This document shows, piece by piece, positions 28,156 through 37,584 of a stretch of 53,029 bases of DNA. Source of the DNA: Patescibacteria group bacterium (GTDB lineage: Bacteria > Patescibacteriota > Microgenomatia > UBA8517). Positions within the stretch are counted from its first letter, which is position 1, and each line of letters opens with the position of its first letter. The stretch is taken from contig DAIUCV010000001.1 in NCBI GenBank assembly GCA_036846005.1, positions 1-53,029 on the forward strand, read 5' to 3'. A program made the translations under genes and the position numbers. The notes beneath the pieces are model-generated. The model ran no database searches, had not been told where the DNA came from, and saw only the letters and a program-made list of their open reading frames with translations.

Positions 28156-29565
28156 ATGAAGGATATCTATCTTTCCAATACTCTTTCCAGGAAGAAAGAA
28201 AAATTCATTCCCGTCAAAGAGGGTTTTGTCGGCATTTACTCCTGCGGTCCAACTGTTTATTGGAATCAGCATATCGGGCATATGTATGCGTACGTTCAGT
28301 GGGATACTCTGGTAAGATTTTTACGCTACATAGGATATGAAGTCAAATGGGTCATGAATATTACCGATGTAGGTCATATGACGAGCGATGAAGATACGGG
28401 AGAAGACAAAATGGAAAAGGGAGCAAAAAGAGAAGGGGTTTCGGTTTGGGATTTAGCGGACAGATATATTAAACAATTCAAAGACAGCATGTCGCTTCTT
28501 AATATTACGTCTCCCGATGTTTTACCCCGGGCAACAAAGCACATAGTTGATCAAGTTAACCTGATTAAATTGATCGAGAAAAACAAATTTACCTATCAGA
28601 CACAAATGGGAGTTGTTTATGATACGAGTAAATTTCCCGATTATGCCAAATTTGGACAGCTTGATTTGGATAGTCAAAAACCGAGGCAAGATGTGGAAGA
28701 AGACAAAGAGAAAAAAAGACCCTGGGATTTTTTGCTCTGGGTAACAGGAAATATTAAACATATTATGCAGTGGGACAGTCCTTGGGGTAAGGGATATCCG
28801 GGATGGCATATCGAATGTACAGCCATGTCTACGAAATATTTAGGCAATAATTTTGATATTCATACAGGAGGAATTGAGCATATTGCGGTACATCATACCA
28901 ACGAAATTGCACAAGGATTTGCAGCTTTTGGTAAACAGACTGCAAATTACTGGCTGCATAACGGCTGGCTTACAGGTAGTGAGGGTGAAAAGATGAGTAA
29001 AAGTTTGGGAAATTACGTGACAGCCCAGGAGTTGGTCGAAAAAGGTTATAACCCTTTAGCCTTAAGATACTTGATTTACTCCTCGCATTATAAAAGAGGT
29101 TTACAATTTTCCTGGCAAGCTCTTGATGCCGCAACAGCAGCATTGGATAAACTTAAAAATGCAGTGACAGGTTTAAAAGAGTCAGAGAAGGAAAGAGAAG
29201 AGTTATCAGCGGAAAAAATGAAAAAGATTGACGAATATCGGGATAAATTTGTTTCTGCTTTATCCGATGATATAAATATTCCGGTGGCACTATCTGTTCT
29301 TTGGGAGGTTGTCAAAAGCAATATTCCCGCATCGGATAAATATGATTTGGTACTTTCTTTTGATGAAGTATTGGGTCTTAAATTGGTTAAAACAAATATC
29401 GGGTTGGTAATTCCCAAAGAAGTTAGGAACTTGGTAGCAAAAAGAGAAAATATCAGAAAAGCTGGAAATTACGAGGAAGCGGATAAATTGAGAATGGAAA
29501 TCGAAAAGAAAGGTTACAGTGTAAAAGATACTCCGCAAGGTTCAGAAGTTAAACCTATTCAATAA
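28156..29565 (+). CDS. cysS: cysteine--tRNA ligase
   Basis: HIGH-type NQHIGHMY, KMSKSLGN and WHIECTAM zinc site; 469 aa. Confidence 0.9.
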   Translation: MKDIYLSNTLSRKKEKFIPVKEGFVGIYSCGPTVYWNQHIGHMYAYVQWDTLVRFLRYIGYEVKWVMNITDVGHMTSDEDTGEDKMEKGAKREGVSVWDLADRYIKQFKDSMSLLNITSPDVLPRATKHIVDQVNLIKLIEKNKFTYQTQMGVVYDTSKFPDYAKFGQLDLDSQKPRQDVEEDKEKKRPWDFLLWVTGNIKHIMQWDSPWGKGYPGWHIECTAMSTKYLGNNFDIHTGGIEHIAVHHTNEIAQGFAAFGKQTANYWLHNGWLTGSEGEKMSKSLGNYVTAQELVEKGYNPLALRYLIYSSHYKRGLQFSWQALDAATAALDKLKNAVTGLKESEKEREELSAEKMKKIDEYRDKFVSALSDDINIPVALSVLWEVVKSNIPASDKYDLVLSFDEVLGLKLVKTNIGLVIPKEVRNLVAKRENIRKAGNYEEADKLRMEIEKKGYSVKDTPQGSEVKPIQ

Positions 29566-29568
29566 TTT

Positions 29569-30210
29569 ATGGCAATTAAAGCAATTATCTTTGATTTAAA
29601 CGGTACTATCTTGTCCGACGAGGACGAATACGGTATTGCCTTTAAGAAAGTTTTACAAAGGTTGGGGGCAAAAGTAAAAGAAGACTACCCCCAAACAACA
29701 GGCATAGGAGTTGAAGAAAACTGGCCAATTCTAATCAAAAAATATAATTTAAAAACCGAAAAAACCTCTCAAGAATTAGCTTTAGAAACTCAAAATGAAT
29801 ATCTAAAACTTTTACCCAGAATTACAGTAAGAAAGGGATTTATAGATTTTATAAGAGAGGTAAGGAAGAATGGGATATCAGTTGCATTGGCAACTTCGAA
29901 TTCCCGGTTGGTTACGGATAAAATATTGGAGAAGTGCAATTTAGCAAATACCTTTGATTTCATTACAACTTGCGAAGAGGTTACGCTTAATAAACCCGAC
30001 CCTCAAATTTATAATATAGCTTTGAAAAAGATGGAAATACCACCTCAAGAGTGTTTGGTTTTCGAAGATTCAAAATCGGGCGTAGCTGCGGCAAAAAAAG
30101 CGGGAATAAAAGTCATAGGAGTAACAAGAGATAAGAATCATATAAAAGAACTTGCGGATGCAGATAAAATCATTTATGATTTTGATGAAATAAATCTGAA
30201 TATCTTATAA
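29569..30210 (+). CDS. HAD-IA family hydrolase (beta-phosphoglucomutase-like)
   Basis: Motif I IIFDLNGT, motif II LATSN, motif III NKPDP, motif IV FEDSKSG. Confidence 0.75.
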   Translation: MAIKAIIFDLNGTILSDEDEYGIAFKKVLQRLGAKVKEDYPQTTGIGVEENWPILIKKYNLKTEKTSQELALETQNEYLKLLPRITVRKGFIDFIREVRKNGISVALATSNSRLVTDKILEKCNLANTFDFITTCEEVTLNKPDPQIYNIALKKMEIPPQECLVFEDSKSGVAAAKKAGIKVIGVTRDKNHIKELADADKIIYDFDEINLNIL

Positions 30211-30220
30211 AATTTATGAC

Positions 30221-30418
30221 ATGGCAGAAAAGATAAAAAAATTAGTAAGAACAAATAAGGGGAGAGTAATTGCCGGTGTTGCCAGAGCTTTTGCTAACTA
30301 TTTTAACGTCGATATAACCTTGGTTAGAATTATTTGGGTAGTATTGTTTCTACCGGGCGGATTTCCCGGATTAATATTCTATATTATTTGCTGGATTTTA
30401 ATTCCTTCGGAAAAATAA
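30221..30418 (+). CDS. PspC domain-containing small membrane protein
   Basis: VIAGVARAFANYFNVDITLVRIIWVVL followed by a TM helix; 65 aa. Confidence 0.8.
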   Translation: MAEKIKKLVRTNKGRVIAGVARAFANYFNVDITLVRIIWVVLFLPGGFPGLIFYIICWILIPSEK

Positions 30419-30422
30419 AAAA

Positions 30423-30460
30423 CAGTGAGGTATTGATGCTAAAGGGAAAAGCCCTCACTG
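30423..30460 (-). terminator. stem-loop plus T-run terminator of the 94-aa minus-strand gene
   Basis: CAGTGAGG (30423-30430) pairs with CCTCACTG (30453-30460). On the minus strand it is followed by TTTTTT. Confidence 0.5.
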
Positions 30461-30483
30461 TAAAAACTCCCTTTATAAGACTT

Positions 30484-30768
30484 TCAGTCAAATATGATTG
30501 AATTAACGGCAATCATGTAGCAGGAGTCTTTTCCTGTAAATCCCTTATCCTCATAACCAGGAATCGGTGTTTCAAGAATAAGATCCATTGCTCGTCTGAC
30601 TTCTTCAGGCATATTACTGCGGCTTACGACTTTACTATCCGAACATAGATACGCTTGCTCCCACCACTCTTGGAAGGTATACCAGGCTTTCTTGAGATCT
30701 TCGGAATAAAGCTGGTGTACCTCCTCTGGAATGGGTATTCCGTAAGGTGGGTTAGATGCCATACACAT
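30484..30768 (-). CDS. hypothetical protein (orphan, 94 aa, Trp/acidic rich)
   Basis: A strong SD AAGGAGAG ends 6 nt before the ATG. The gene has its own promoter-like element and terminator. No family recognised. Confidence 0.65.
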   Translation of the reverse strand: MCMASNPPYGIPIPEEVHQLYSEDLKKAWYTFQEWWEQAYLCSDSKVVSRSNMPEEVRRAMDLILETPIPGYEDKGFTGKDSCYMIAVNSIIFD

Positions 30769-30822
30769 AATGCACTCTCCTTTTAAAGAACAATAGGTTT
30801 TATCTTATAGGACAAGACATAA

Positions 30823-30851
30823 ATAGTACCAGTAAAAAAGTAAGAAATCAA
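30823..30851 (-). promoter_or_regulatory. sigma70-like promoter for the 94-aa gene
   Basis: Minus strand: TTGATT, 17-nt spacer, TACTAT. Confidence 0.35.
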
Positions 30852-30897
30852 TAGTACTATAGGATTCATTCCGTTAGCGGAATTTTAATACGGATGC

Positions 30898-31284
30898 TTA
30901 GGAAAGTTTAATTCTTTTAATTTGGAAAATACTTGTCACTAGCTTATTGGGAAATCGTCTGAATTTTGGTCTGGATGCTTCTTGGGATTTATTTTCAACT
31001 TTTAAACCTACGTTTACTATTTCGGGAAAATGCTTTCTGACTTCTTCCTGGAATTTTTCGGCTAAATTTGTAGTATACGATCCGTATCCGGCTTTTTCGG
31101 ATTGCATGCAGAGTTTATTTTCCCAAGTCCTTACTATAGTTAATATTTTTTCTCCTTCAAGATTAAATTCATCCTGGAACTTATCCGGGTTTAGTGCGTA
31201 ATCATCGTGGACGACTCTGAATTTATTAAATGCGTCTTTTTCAAAATCTAGCATTTTTTGAACGTAAGCTTTAAATTTTTGCAT
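30898..31284 (-). CDS. hypothetical protein (orphan, 128 aa, helical/charged with basic tail)
   Basis: Clean ORF with no family recognised. The promoter-like element is very close to the ATG. Confidence 0.6.
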   Translation of the reverse strand: MQKFKAYVQKMLDFEKDAFNKFRVVHDDYALNPDKFQDEFNLEGEKILTIVRTWENKLCMQSEKAGYGSYTTNLAEKFQEEVRKHFPEIVNVGLKVENKSQEASRPKFRRFPNKLVTSIFQIKRIKLS

Positions 31285-31296
31285 GCTTAAAAGAAC

Positions 31297-31324
31297 ATTA
31301 TATTTAATAACGAAGTTAAGTTAA
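31297..31324 (-). promoter_or_regulatory. sigma70-like promoter for the 128-aa gene (very short 5' UTR)
   Basis: Minus strand: TTAACT, 16-nt spacer, TATAAT. The -10 ends 12 nt before the ATG. Confidence 0.35.
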
Positions 31325-31407
31325 ACAGGGTATTTGCAGGATTTTCTAATCATGATAGGATAACTCCGAAATAAATATTATTTATGCTTGGATGTTATAA
31401 TTCATGC

Positions 31408-32508
31408 ATGAGTCTTTCTGTAGGAATTGTCGGTCTTCCTAATGTAGGTAAAAGTACATTGTTTAATGCTTTATTAAAAAAGCAGCAGGCATACGTTGCC
31501 AACTTTCCCTTTGCAACTATTGAGCCGAATATTGGTGTTGTTCCCGTTCCGGATATGCGACTTGCCAAGATGGCTGAGATAGTTAAAAAAACTGAAAATC
31601 TTAACTTCTTACCTCCGGAAGTACCCGCTACCGTTGAGTTTCTTGATATTGCCGGACTTATTGCCGGTGCCCACAAAGGAGAAGGGTTAGGTAATAAGTT
31701 TTTATCTCACATTAGAGAAACCGATGCCATTTGTCATGTGGTCAGGATGTTTAGCGATCCTGAGATAATTAAACAGGGTATAACAGATCCCAAAACCGAT
31801 TTCGAAGTTGTTGAAACCGAACTGCAATTAGCAGATTTACAGACCTTGGAAAAACAAAAAGACCCCGGAAATACACCAGATAAGGAATTAAGGAAATGGT
31901 GGGAGGTGGTTTTGAAATTGAAGGAAAATTTAGCAAAGGGTAAACCGGCAAGGGAAGTAGAATTAAATGAAGAAGAACAAAAAATCGCCAAACAACTATC
32001 CCTTCTGACAGCAAAACCTATTTTGGTTTCTTTAAATGTGGATGAAGACGATTTGAAAAATTCCAGTAAAATTGAAAAGGATTTTGCCCAAGGAGTCGGA
32101 TTAAAGGAAGAACAAGTAATAACCATTTCCGCCAAAACAGAATCGGAGTTGGCGGAGTTAGCAACTGAAGAACAGCTTGAATATCTTAAATCATTAGGGG
32201 TTGAAGAGTCTGGTTTGGAAAGACTTATTAAAAAGGCTTTTGCAACTCTTGGTCTGATTACTTTTTTGACCGGCGGTGAGATAGAGGTCAGAGCCTGGAC
32301 GATCAAAGACGGTATAAATGCACAGGAAGCTGCGGGTGTAATTCACACCGATTTTATCAAGAATTTTATTAAAGCGGATATTGTTGATTACGAGGATTTT
32401 ATTAAATTGGGCTGGAAGGAGGCCAGAGAAGAAGGTAGGGTAAGAAGTGAAGGAAAAGATTATCTTGTTAAAGACGGTGAGGTTATCGAGTTTAAGATTG
32501 GAAATTAG
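31408..32508 (+). CDS. ychF: redox-regulated ribosome-binding ATPase YchF
   Basis: MSLSVGIVGLPNVGKST P-loop and the C-terminal GEVIEFKI end typical of YchF. The ORF opens at 31384; the ATG at 31408 fits the family N-terminus. Confidence 0.9.
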   Translation: MSLSVGIVGLPNVGKSTLFNALLKKQQAYVANFPFATIEPNIGVVPVPDMRLAKMAEIVKKTENLNFLPPEVPATVEFLDIAGLIAGAHKGEGLGNKFLSHIRETDAICHVVRMFSDPEIIKQGITDPKTDFEVVETELQLADLQTLEKQKDPGNTPDKELRKWWEVVLKLKENLAKGKPAREVELNEEEQKIAKQLSLLTAKPILVSLNVDEDDLKNSSKIEKDFAQGVGLKEEQVITISAKTESELAELATEEQLEYLKSLGVEESGLERLIKKAFATLGLITFLTGGEIEVRAWTIKDGINAQEAAGVIHTDFIKNFIKADIVDYEDFIKLGWKEAREEGRVRSEGKDYLVKDGEVIEFKIGN

Positions 32509-32550
32509 GTATTAGAAATATTAAGTTATCTTTGCTATACTTTCCAGGTT

Positions 32551-32853
32551 ATGAGTAATTACGAACTGACAATTATTGTTGACGGCAAGATTACGGCTGC
32601 CAAAAAGAATTCAATTAAAGATATAGTTGAAAAACTGGTTGAATCTTTTAAGGGAAAGATTGTAAAAACTGATGATTGGGGAAAGTTGGAATTGGCTTAT
32701 AAACTTGGTAAGACAGATAGTGGAGTTTACCTTTTTTATGAGTTAGAATTAGAAAATCTTAACGTCAAAGGTTTATCTGACAAGCTTAAAGTTGAAGATT
32801 CCATATTAAGATATTTATTGGTAGAAAAGTCAAATGGCAAGAAGTTTAAATAA
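32551..32853 (+). CDS. rpsF: 30S ribosomal protein S6
   Basis: MSNYELTIIV start; 100 aa; rpsF-ssb-rpsR context. Confidence 0.9.
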   Translation: MSNYELTIIVDGKITAAKKNSIKDIVEKLVESFKGKIVKTDDWGKLELAYKLGKTDSGVYLFYELELENLNVKGLSDKLKVEDSILRYLLVEKSNGKKFK

Positions 32854-33349
32854 AGTTACATTAATTGGAAATTTAACCAGAGATCCGGAATTAAGGTATA
32901 CACCTTCGGGAAGTGCGGTATGCACTTTCGGATTGGCTACGAATAGACAATGGACTACCGATACCGGCGAAAAAAAGGAAGATGTAGAATTTCATCGAAT
33001 CGTAGCTTGGAATAAGTTGGCCGAAATTTGCGCCCAACTTCTTAAAAAAGGCAGAAAAACCTATGTGGAAGGTAGACTGCAAACCCGAAGCTGGACAGGC
33101 CAAGACGGTACCCAAAAAACAACCACCGAAGTAGTGATATCCGACATGATACTTCTTGATACCAGAAGAGAAGCCGGGGCAGAAGAATTTGATGTTCCCG
33201 AAGCAGTTTTGCAGGAACCCTCTCAGGCACCAGTTGAGGAATTAGACAAAGACGAAAGTAAAGAAAAAGGCAAGAAAGAAACCAAAAAAGCCAAAAATCA
33301 AAAAGAACCAAAAGAAACTGAGGAAAACGAGGAAGACATACCTTTCTAA
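32834..33349 (+). CDS. ssb: single-stranded DNA-binding protein
   Basis: OB-fold start MARSLNKVTLIGNLTRDPELRYTPSG and the acidic tail ending DIPF. Overlaps rpsF by 20 nt. Confidence 0.9.
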   Translation: MARSLNKVTLIGNLTRDPELRYTPSGSAVCTFGLATNRQWTTDTGEKKEDVEFHRIVAWNKLAEICAQLLKKGRKTYVEGRLQTRSWTGQDGTQKTTTEVVISDMILLDTRREAGAEEFDVPEAVLQEPSQAPVEELDKDESKEKGKKETKKAKNQKEPKETEENEEDIPF

Positions 33350-33352
33350 GAT

Positions 33353-33598
33353 ATGGATAAGAAGCCCCAAAGACGTAAAATCCCGATAAGAAAAATATAC
33401 AATAAATGCCCCTTTTGTGATAAGGGTAAGAATCCTGATTATAAAAGCTATAAAGATTTGGCCGAATTTATGACAGACAGAGCAAAAATAATGCCTGCTA
33501 CCAGATCGGGTATCTGCAGTAAGCACCAAAGACAATTAAGTGTGGCGATTAAAAGAGCCAGAATTTTGGCTCTGCTTCCGTTTTCCGAGAAGATTTAA
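33353..33598 (+). CDS. rpsR: 30S ribosomal protein S18
   Basis: CPFC...DYKSYKDLAEFMTDRAKIMPATRSGICSKHQRQLSVAIKRAR matches the S18 pattern. Confidence 0.9.
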   Translation: MDKKPQRRKIPIRKIYNKCPFCDKGKNPDYKSYKDLAEFMTDRAKIMPATRSGICSKHQRQLSVAIKRARILALLPFSEKI

Positions 33599-33614
33599 GC
33601 AATTCAAATTTATC

Positions 33615-34853
33615 ATGCCCAAAGTAAATATCATCCGTTTAAGAAAAATTCTACTCAGTTTAGTTTTTATTGTGGTGATATTTTCCGGAGGATATTTTTT
33701 GGGTAATAGGAATTACAGAGTAAGTCTTACCAAATTATCCGATATCAAGATAGAAAGAAATGTTCCTCTGGACAAAAATGTCGACTTTGGTCTCTTCTGG
33801 AAAGTATGGGATACGATGGTTTCCAGTTATTACGACAAAACAAAAATCAATCCCAAAGAAATGGTCTACGGAGCAATCAGGGGGATGGTGAGTGCAATAG
33901 GAGATCCCTATACGGTTTTCTTGCCTCCAGAAGAAAACAAAGTAGTACAGGAAGATTTGCAGGGAAGTTTTCAGGGAGTAGGAATTCAAATCGGATTTAG
34001 GGGTACGCAACTTGCGGTTATAGCACCCTTGCCCAAATCTCCGGCTGAAGAAGCGGGAGTAAAACCGGGGGATTATATCATAGGCATTAAAGACGAAAAT
34101 AAAAAGATTGATATTTCAACCTCAGGAATGAGTTTACCCGATGCCGTGGAAACTATCAGGGGTACGGCAGGAACCAAAGTCACTCTTACTCTTTTAAGGG
34201 ACGGAACTGAAAAACCGATTGTTGTGGATATTATTAGAAAAGATATCAATGTTCCCAGTGTGGTTTTGACTTTTGAAGGACAAAATAAAGATATTGCAGA
34301 TATTAGACTGCTTAAATTTGCAGGGGAAACGAACGGGGAATGGGAAACAACGGTTAGAGATATCTTAAAGAATAAACCCAAAGGGATAATACTTGATTTG
34401 AGAAATAACCCCGGAGGATACTTGCAGGGAGCAGTTGATATTGCCGGAGAATTTCTTCCCAATAATACCTTGGTTGTTTATGAAGCGAAGTCAGACGGTA
34501 CTAAAACTGAATTTAGGACGGATAAATTCCCCAGACTGGCAAATATCCCTTTGGTTATCTTGGTAAATAAGGGAAGTGCATCGGCATCGGAAATATTGGC
34601 AGGAGCCTTAAGAGACCAGGCAAAAATAAAGTTGGTAGGAGATATTACATTCGGGAAAGGAACAATCCAAGAACCCAGACAATTAGACCAAGGAGCGGGT
34701 TTGCACATTACTGTAGCCAAATGGCTTACTCCCAAGGAGACTTGGGTAAACGGACAAGGACTTGAACCGGATGTTAAGATAGAAGATAACCCCGATACCC
34801 AAGAAGACGAACAGTTTGCTAAGGCGCTGGAAGTTTTAAATACGGGTAAATAA
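33615..34853 (+). CDS. S41-family C-terminal processing peptidase
   Basis: N-terminal anchor, PDZ segment, catalytic Ser in GSASASEI and Lys in TFGKGT. The ATG at 33615 follows the rpsR stop; the ORF opens at 33540. Confidence 0.85.
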   Translation: MPKVNIIRLRKILLSLVFIVVIFSGGYFLGNRNYRVSLTKLSDIKIERNVPLDKNVDFGLFWKVWDTMVSSYYDKTKINPKEMVYGAIRGMVSAIGDPYTVFLPPEENKVVQEDLQGSFQGVGIQIGFRGTQLAVIAPLPKSPAEEAGVKPGDYIIGIKDENKKIDISTSGMSLPDAVETIRGTAGTKVTLTLLRDGTEKPIVVDIIRKDINVPSVVLTFEGQNKDIADIRLLKFAGETNGEWETTVRDILKNKPKGIILDLRNNPGGYLQGAVDIAGEFLPNNTLVVYEAKSDGTKTEFRTDKFPRLANIPLVILVNKGSASASEILAGALRDQAKIKLVGDITFGKGTIQEPRQLDQGAGLHITVAKWLTPKETWVNGQGLEPDVKIEDNPDTQEDEQFAKALEVLNTGK

Positions 34854-34864
34854 TATTTTTACTT

Positions 34865-36007
34865 ATGGTAAAAATAAAATTTAATTTCAAAAAGTTTTTG
34901 GTAGGTACTGCAGTAGGAATTGTAATTTTGGTTGCTATAACTGGAGGAGCAATAGCCGACAGACTTTTTCAATTCAAGCCGCTGGATAAATATTTCCCTT
35001 CAAGAAATCTTATAAATCAAAATATTCTGACCGAAGATTCTGTGGTCATAGATGTGGTTAAAAAAGTATCTCCTTCTGTGGTTACAGTACAAATTCAAAC
35101 ACAGGCAAGAAGAGTATTGCAGTTTAATCCTTTTGAGGGATTCAGTCAGCAAATTCAAGGCGGTCAACCCCAGGATATTGGCAGCGGATTTATCGTAACT
35201 TCCGACGGTCTGATTGTTACCAATAAGCATGTGGTATCTGATACGACAGCCAGTTATAAAGTAATTACCTCTGATAATAAAGAATATGATGTTAAAAGTA
35301 TCAGCAGAGATCCGGCTAATGATATTGCGGTTATAAAAATTGATACCAGCAATTTAAAGCCGGTTGAATTCGGCGATTCGACGAATTTGCAGGTAGGACA
35401 GTTTGCTATAGCCATAGGAACTGCTTTAGGGTCATTCAGAAATACCGTTACCACAGGGGTGATTTCAGGCTTGGGTAGGGGAATAACGGCCGGAGATGCC
35501 TACCAGGGGTATGTAGAACAGCTGGACAATGTTATTCAGACAGATGCAGCAATTAATCCCGGAAATTCGGGTGGGCCTCTTCTTAATTCATCAGGCCAAG
35601 TAATCGGAATTAACGTAGCTGTTGCCCAAGGAGCTCAAAATATTGGTTTTGCAATTCCTGTAAATATTGTTAAAGATGCTTTAGATCAATTTAAGGGAGC
35701 AGGAAGATTTATCGGCAAAGCTTATCTGGGGGTAGAGTATCAGATGGTTCCCAAACAAACAGCAATATTAAATAACGTTCCCCAAGGAGCATATGTGGTT
35801 AATGTAATTGCCTCTTCTCCTGCCGCTAACGCAGGTCTTCAGCCGGGTGACATTATAACCAAAATGGACGGACAGGAACTAAATGAAACAAAACCGTTAT
35901 CCGATGTAATCAAAAATAAGAAACCAGGGGATAATATCAGTATTGAAATTTGGAGAAATGGTGAAACAAAAAATATCCAAGTTGCTCTTGTCGAATCAAA
36001 TCAGTAA
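34865..36007 (+). CDS. htrA: HtrA/DegP-family serine protease with PDZ domain
   Basis: Catalytic triad contexts TNKHVV, NDIAVI and GNSGGPL; C-terminal PDZ (GLQPGDIITKMDG). Confidence 0.9.
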   Translation: MVKIKFNFKKFLVGTAVGIVILVAITGGAIADRLFQFKPLDKYFPSRNLINQNILTEDSVVIDVVKKVSPSVVTVQIQTQARRVLQFNPFEGFSQQIQGGQPQDIGSGFIVTSDGLIVTNKHVVSDTTASYKVITSDNKEYDVKSISRDPANDIAVIKIDTSNLKPVEFGDSTNLQVGQFAIAIGTALGSFRNTVTTGVISGLGRGITAGDAYQGYVEQLDNVIQTDAAINPGNSGGPLLNSSGQVIGINVAVAQGAQNIGFAIPVNIVKDALDQFKGAGRFIGKAYLGVEYQMVPKQTAILNNVPQGAYVVNVIASSPAANAGLQPGDIITKMDGQELNETKPLSDVIKNKKPGDNISIEIWRNGETKNIQVALVESNQ

Positions 36008-36024
36008 AAGTAAAGTTATTACCT

Positions 36025-36846
36025 TTAGAAAGTAAATATTGCTAACTGTTCGTTGTTCCTTTGAGATTCGAACGTTTTCTTATAACCTTTTTCTTCCATA
36101 AATTGATCTATATCCTCGGGTTTTTGACCCCAACCGGCAAGATATCCCTGATGTTTTTCAATAGCCACAACTCTTGGTGGCTGTTGCCAAAAATTAGTAC
36201 CGCCTTTAAGGATATGGAGTTCCGCTCCTTCGGTGTCAATTTTAACGACGTCGATTTTTTGTTTGATTTCGTCGGCTAGGTTATCTAGAGTCTTGCCTTC
36301 AACCTCGATAATAGCCTTGAAATTTCTGGGAGAATGGAGATTATCATTAGCGTTGACAGTTCCCCTTAGACGAGAAGTACGCCAATACATCTCTTTACAT
36401 TCTAGCTTTAAAATTTGATTTTTATCCCAGGCTGCTGCAGGGATAATAGTAATAGAACGCGTAAGATTATTTTTTTCGGCATTGCGGATAATCTCTTTTT
36501 GGCAGTTTGGGTCGGGTTCTACACAATAAACATGTTTGGCTTTTGATGCGAAGAGAAGAGCGTGTAGACCGATATACGATCCTATTTCTAGTACATTGTC
36601 TGATGGCTTAATAATTTCTAGAATTTTTTCTAGATATTCTGTTTCGTTAAAAAGGTGCTCAATATTATTTTGCATATTGAGACTTTTGGATAAAAGCGCC
36701 AGCTTGATTCCAGCGATTTCGGTTGTTGCTACCCAATGCGGAGAATAAAGATTAATTCTTAAATCTCGCCAAATAGGACGAGCAACAGTTTTTAATTGGT
36801 CAATCACTGTTAACCCGTGGAAGCCTTCATCTTTAGATTCAGTCAT
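36025..36846 (-). CDS. FkbM-family SAM-dependent methyltransferase
   Basis: SAM motif VLEIGSYIG and the FkbM-type IDVVKIDTEGAELHILKG. The start lies 3 nt after the prfA stop. Confidence 0.7.
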   Translation of the reverse strand: MTESKDEGFHGLTVIDQLKTVARPIWRDLRINLYSPHWVATTEIAGIKLALLSKSLNMQNNIEHLFNETEYLEKILEIIKPSDNVLEIGSYIGLHALLFASKAKHVYCVEPDPNCQKEIIRNAEKNNLTRSITIIPAAAWDKNQILKLECKEMYWRTSRLRGTVNANDNLHSPRNFKAIIEVEGKTLDNLADEIKQKIDVVKIDTEGAELHILKGGTNFWQQPPRVVAIEKHQGYLAGWGQKPEDIDQFMEEKGYKKTFESQRNNEQLAIFTF

Positions 36847-36849
36847 TTT

Positions 36850-37557
36850 TTAGTTGATTGATTTGGTGAGGTCGATTATTTTATCCAGATTTCCCTCAAC
36901 AATACTTTCCAGGTTACCGAAAGATTTCCCGATACGATGATCTGTTACCCGGTTTTGGGGAAAGTTATAAGTTCTGATTTTTTCGGCTCTCATACCGTGT
37001 CCAATTGCCGAACGGTAACCCGCAATTGTTTTCATTTTTTCCTCTTCCTCTTTTTCGAACAATTTTGCCCTTAGAAGCGATAGAGCTATTATCCTATTTT
37101 GTTCCTGAAATCTTTGTTCCTGGGAAGTGACAACCATACCGGTTGGTTTATGGGTGAGTCTGACTGCGGTTGAAACTTTTTGGACATTTTGTCCGCCTTG
37201 GGAAGAAGATCGGTAAAACTGCCAGTCCAAATCAGCAGGATTGATCTGAATTAGCGTTTCTTTGATTTCCGGCAAAACCGCAACCGTTGCCGTTGAGGTG
37301 TGAATTCTGCCTCTTTTTTCGGTTACCGGAACTCTTTGAACTCTGTGGACACCAGATTCGTTTTTAAAAATATTAAAAACATCAGGACCGGTAATGGTTA
37401 TGGTTCCTTCGTCAACCGCTGTGGTTTTCCATCCTTTCCTTACCGCATAGCGTGTATACATCCGAAGAAGATCTTTAGCCCATATTTTTGCCTCGTCTCC
37501 GCCGGTTGCGCCTCTTGCTTCAATATATGCCTTTTGAGAAGAAAAACTGTTTTCCAT
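36850..37557 (-). CDS. prfA: peptide chain release factor 1-like, lacking N-terminal domain 1 (235 aa)
   Basis: ARGATGGDEAKIWAKDLLRMY, RF1-type PVT tripeptide in GVHRVQRVPVTE, GGQ in SSQGGQNVQKV, and YNFPQNRVTDHRI. An in-frame stop at 37582-37584 prevents any N-terminal extension. Confidence 0.8.
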   Translation of the reverse strand: MENSFSSQKAYIEARGATGGDEAKIWAKDLLRMYTRYAVRKGWKTTAVDEGTITITGPDVFNIFKNESGVHRVQRVPVTEKRGRIHTSTATVAVLPEIKETLIQINPADLDWQFYRSSSQGGQNVQKVSTAVRLTHKPTGMVVTSQEQRFQEQNRIIALSLLRAKLFEKEEEEKMKTIAGYRSAIGHGMRAEKIRTYNFPQNRVTDHRIGKSFGNLESIVEGNLDKIIDLTKSIN

Positions 37558-37584
37558 AAAAATTTTGAGGTATAACTTTGCTTA

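Noticed and set aside
30484-30768. NPPY tetrapeptide at the N-terminus of the 94-aa orphan protein, as a methyltransferase catalytic motif.
   Set aside because: The protein is far too small, has no SAM-binding motif, and the tetrapeptide sits at residues 6-9. Most likely coincidence.
31734-32306. 190-aa ORF on the minus strand, antisense to ychF. A nested 81-aa ORF and a 93-aa ORF at 31395-31676 are also present.
   Set aside because: It is Ser/Phe-rich and low-complexity, as expected for the antisense of a GAA/AAG-rich coding strand. ychF on the plus strand is unambiguous.
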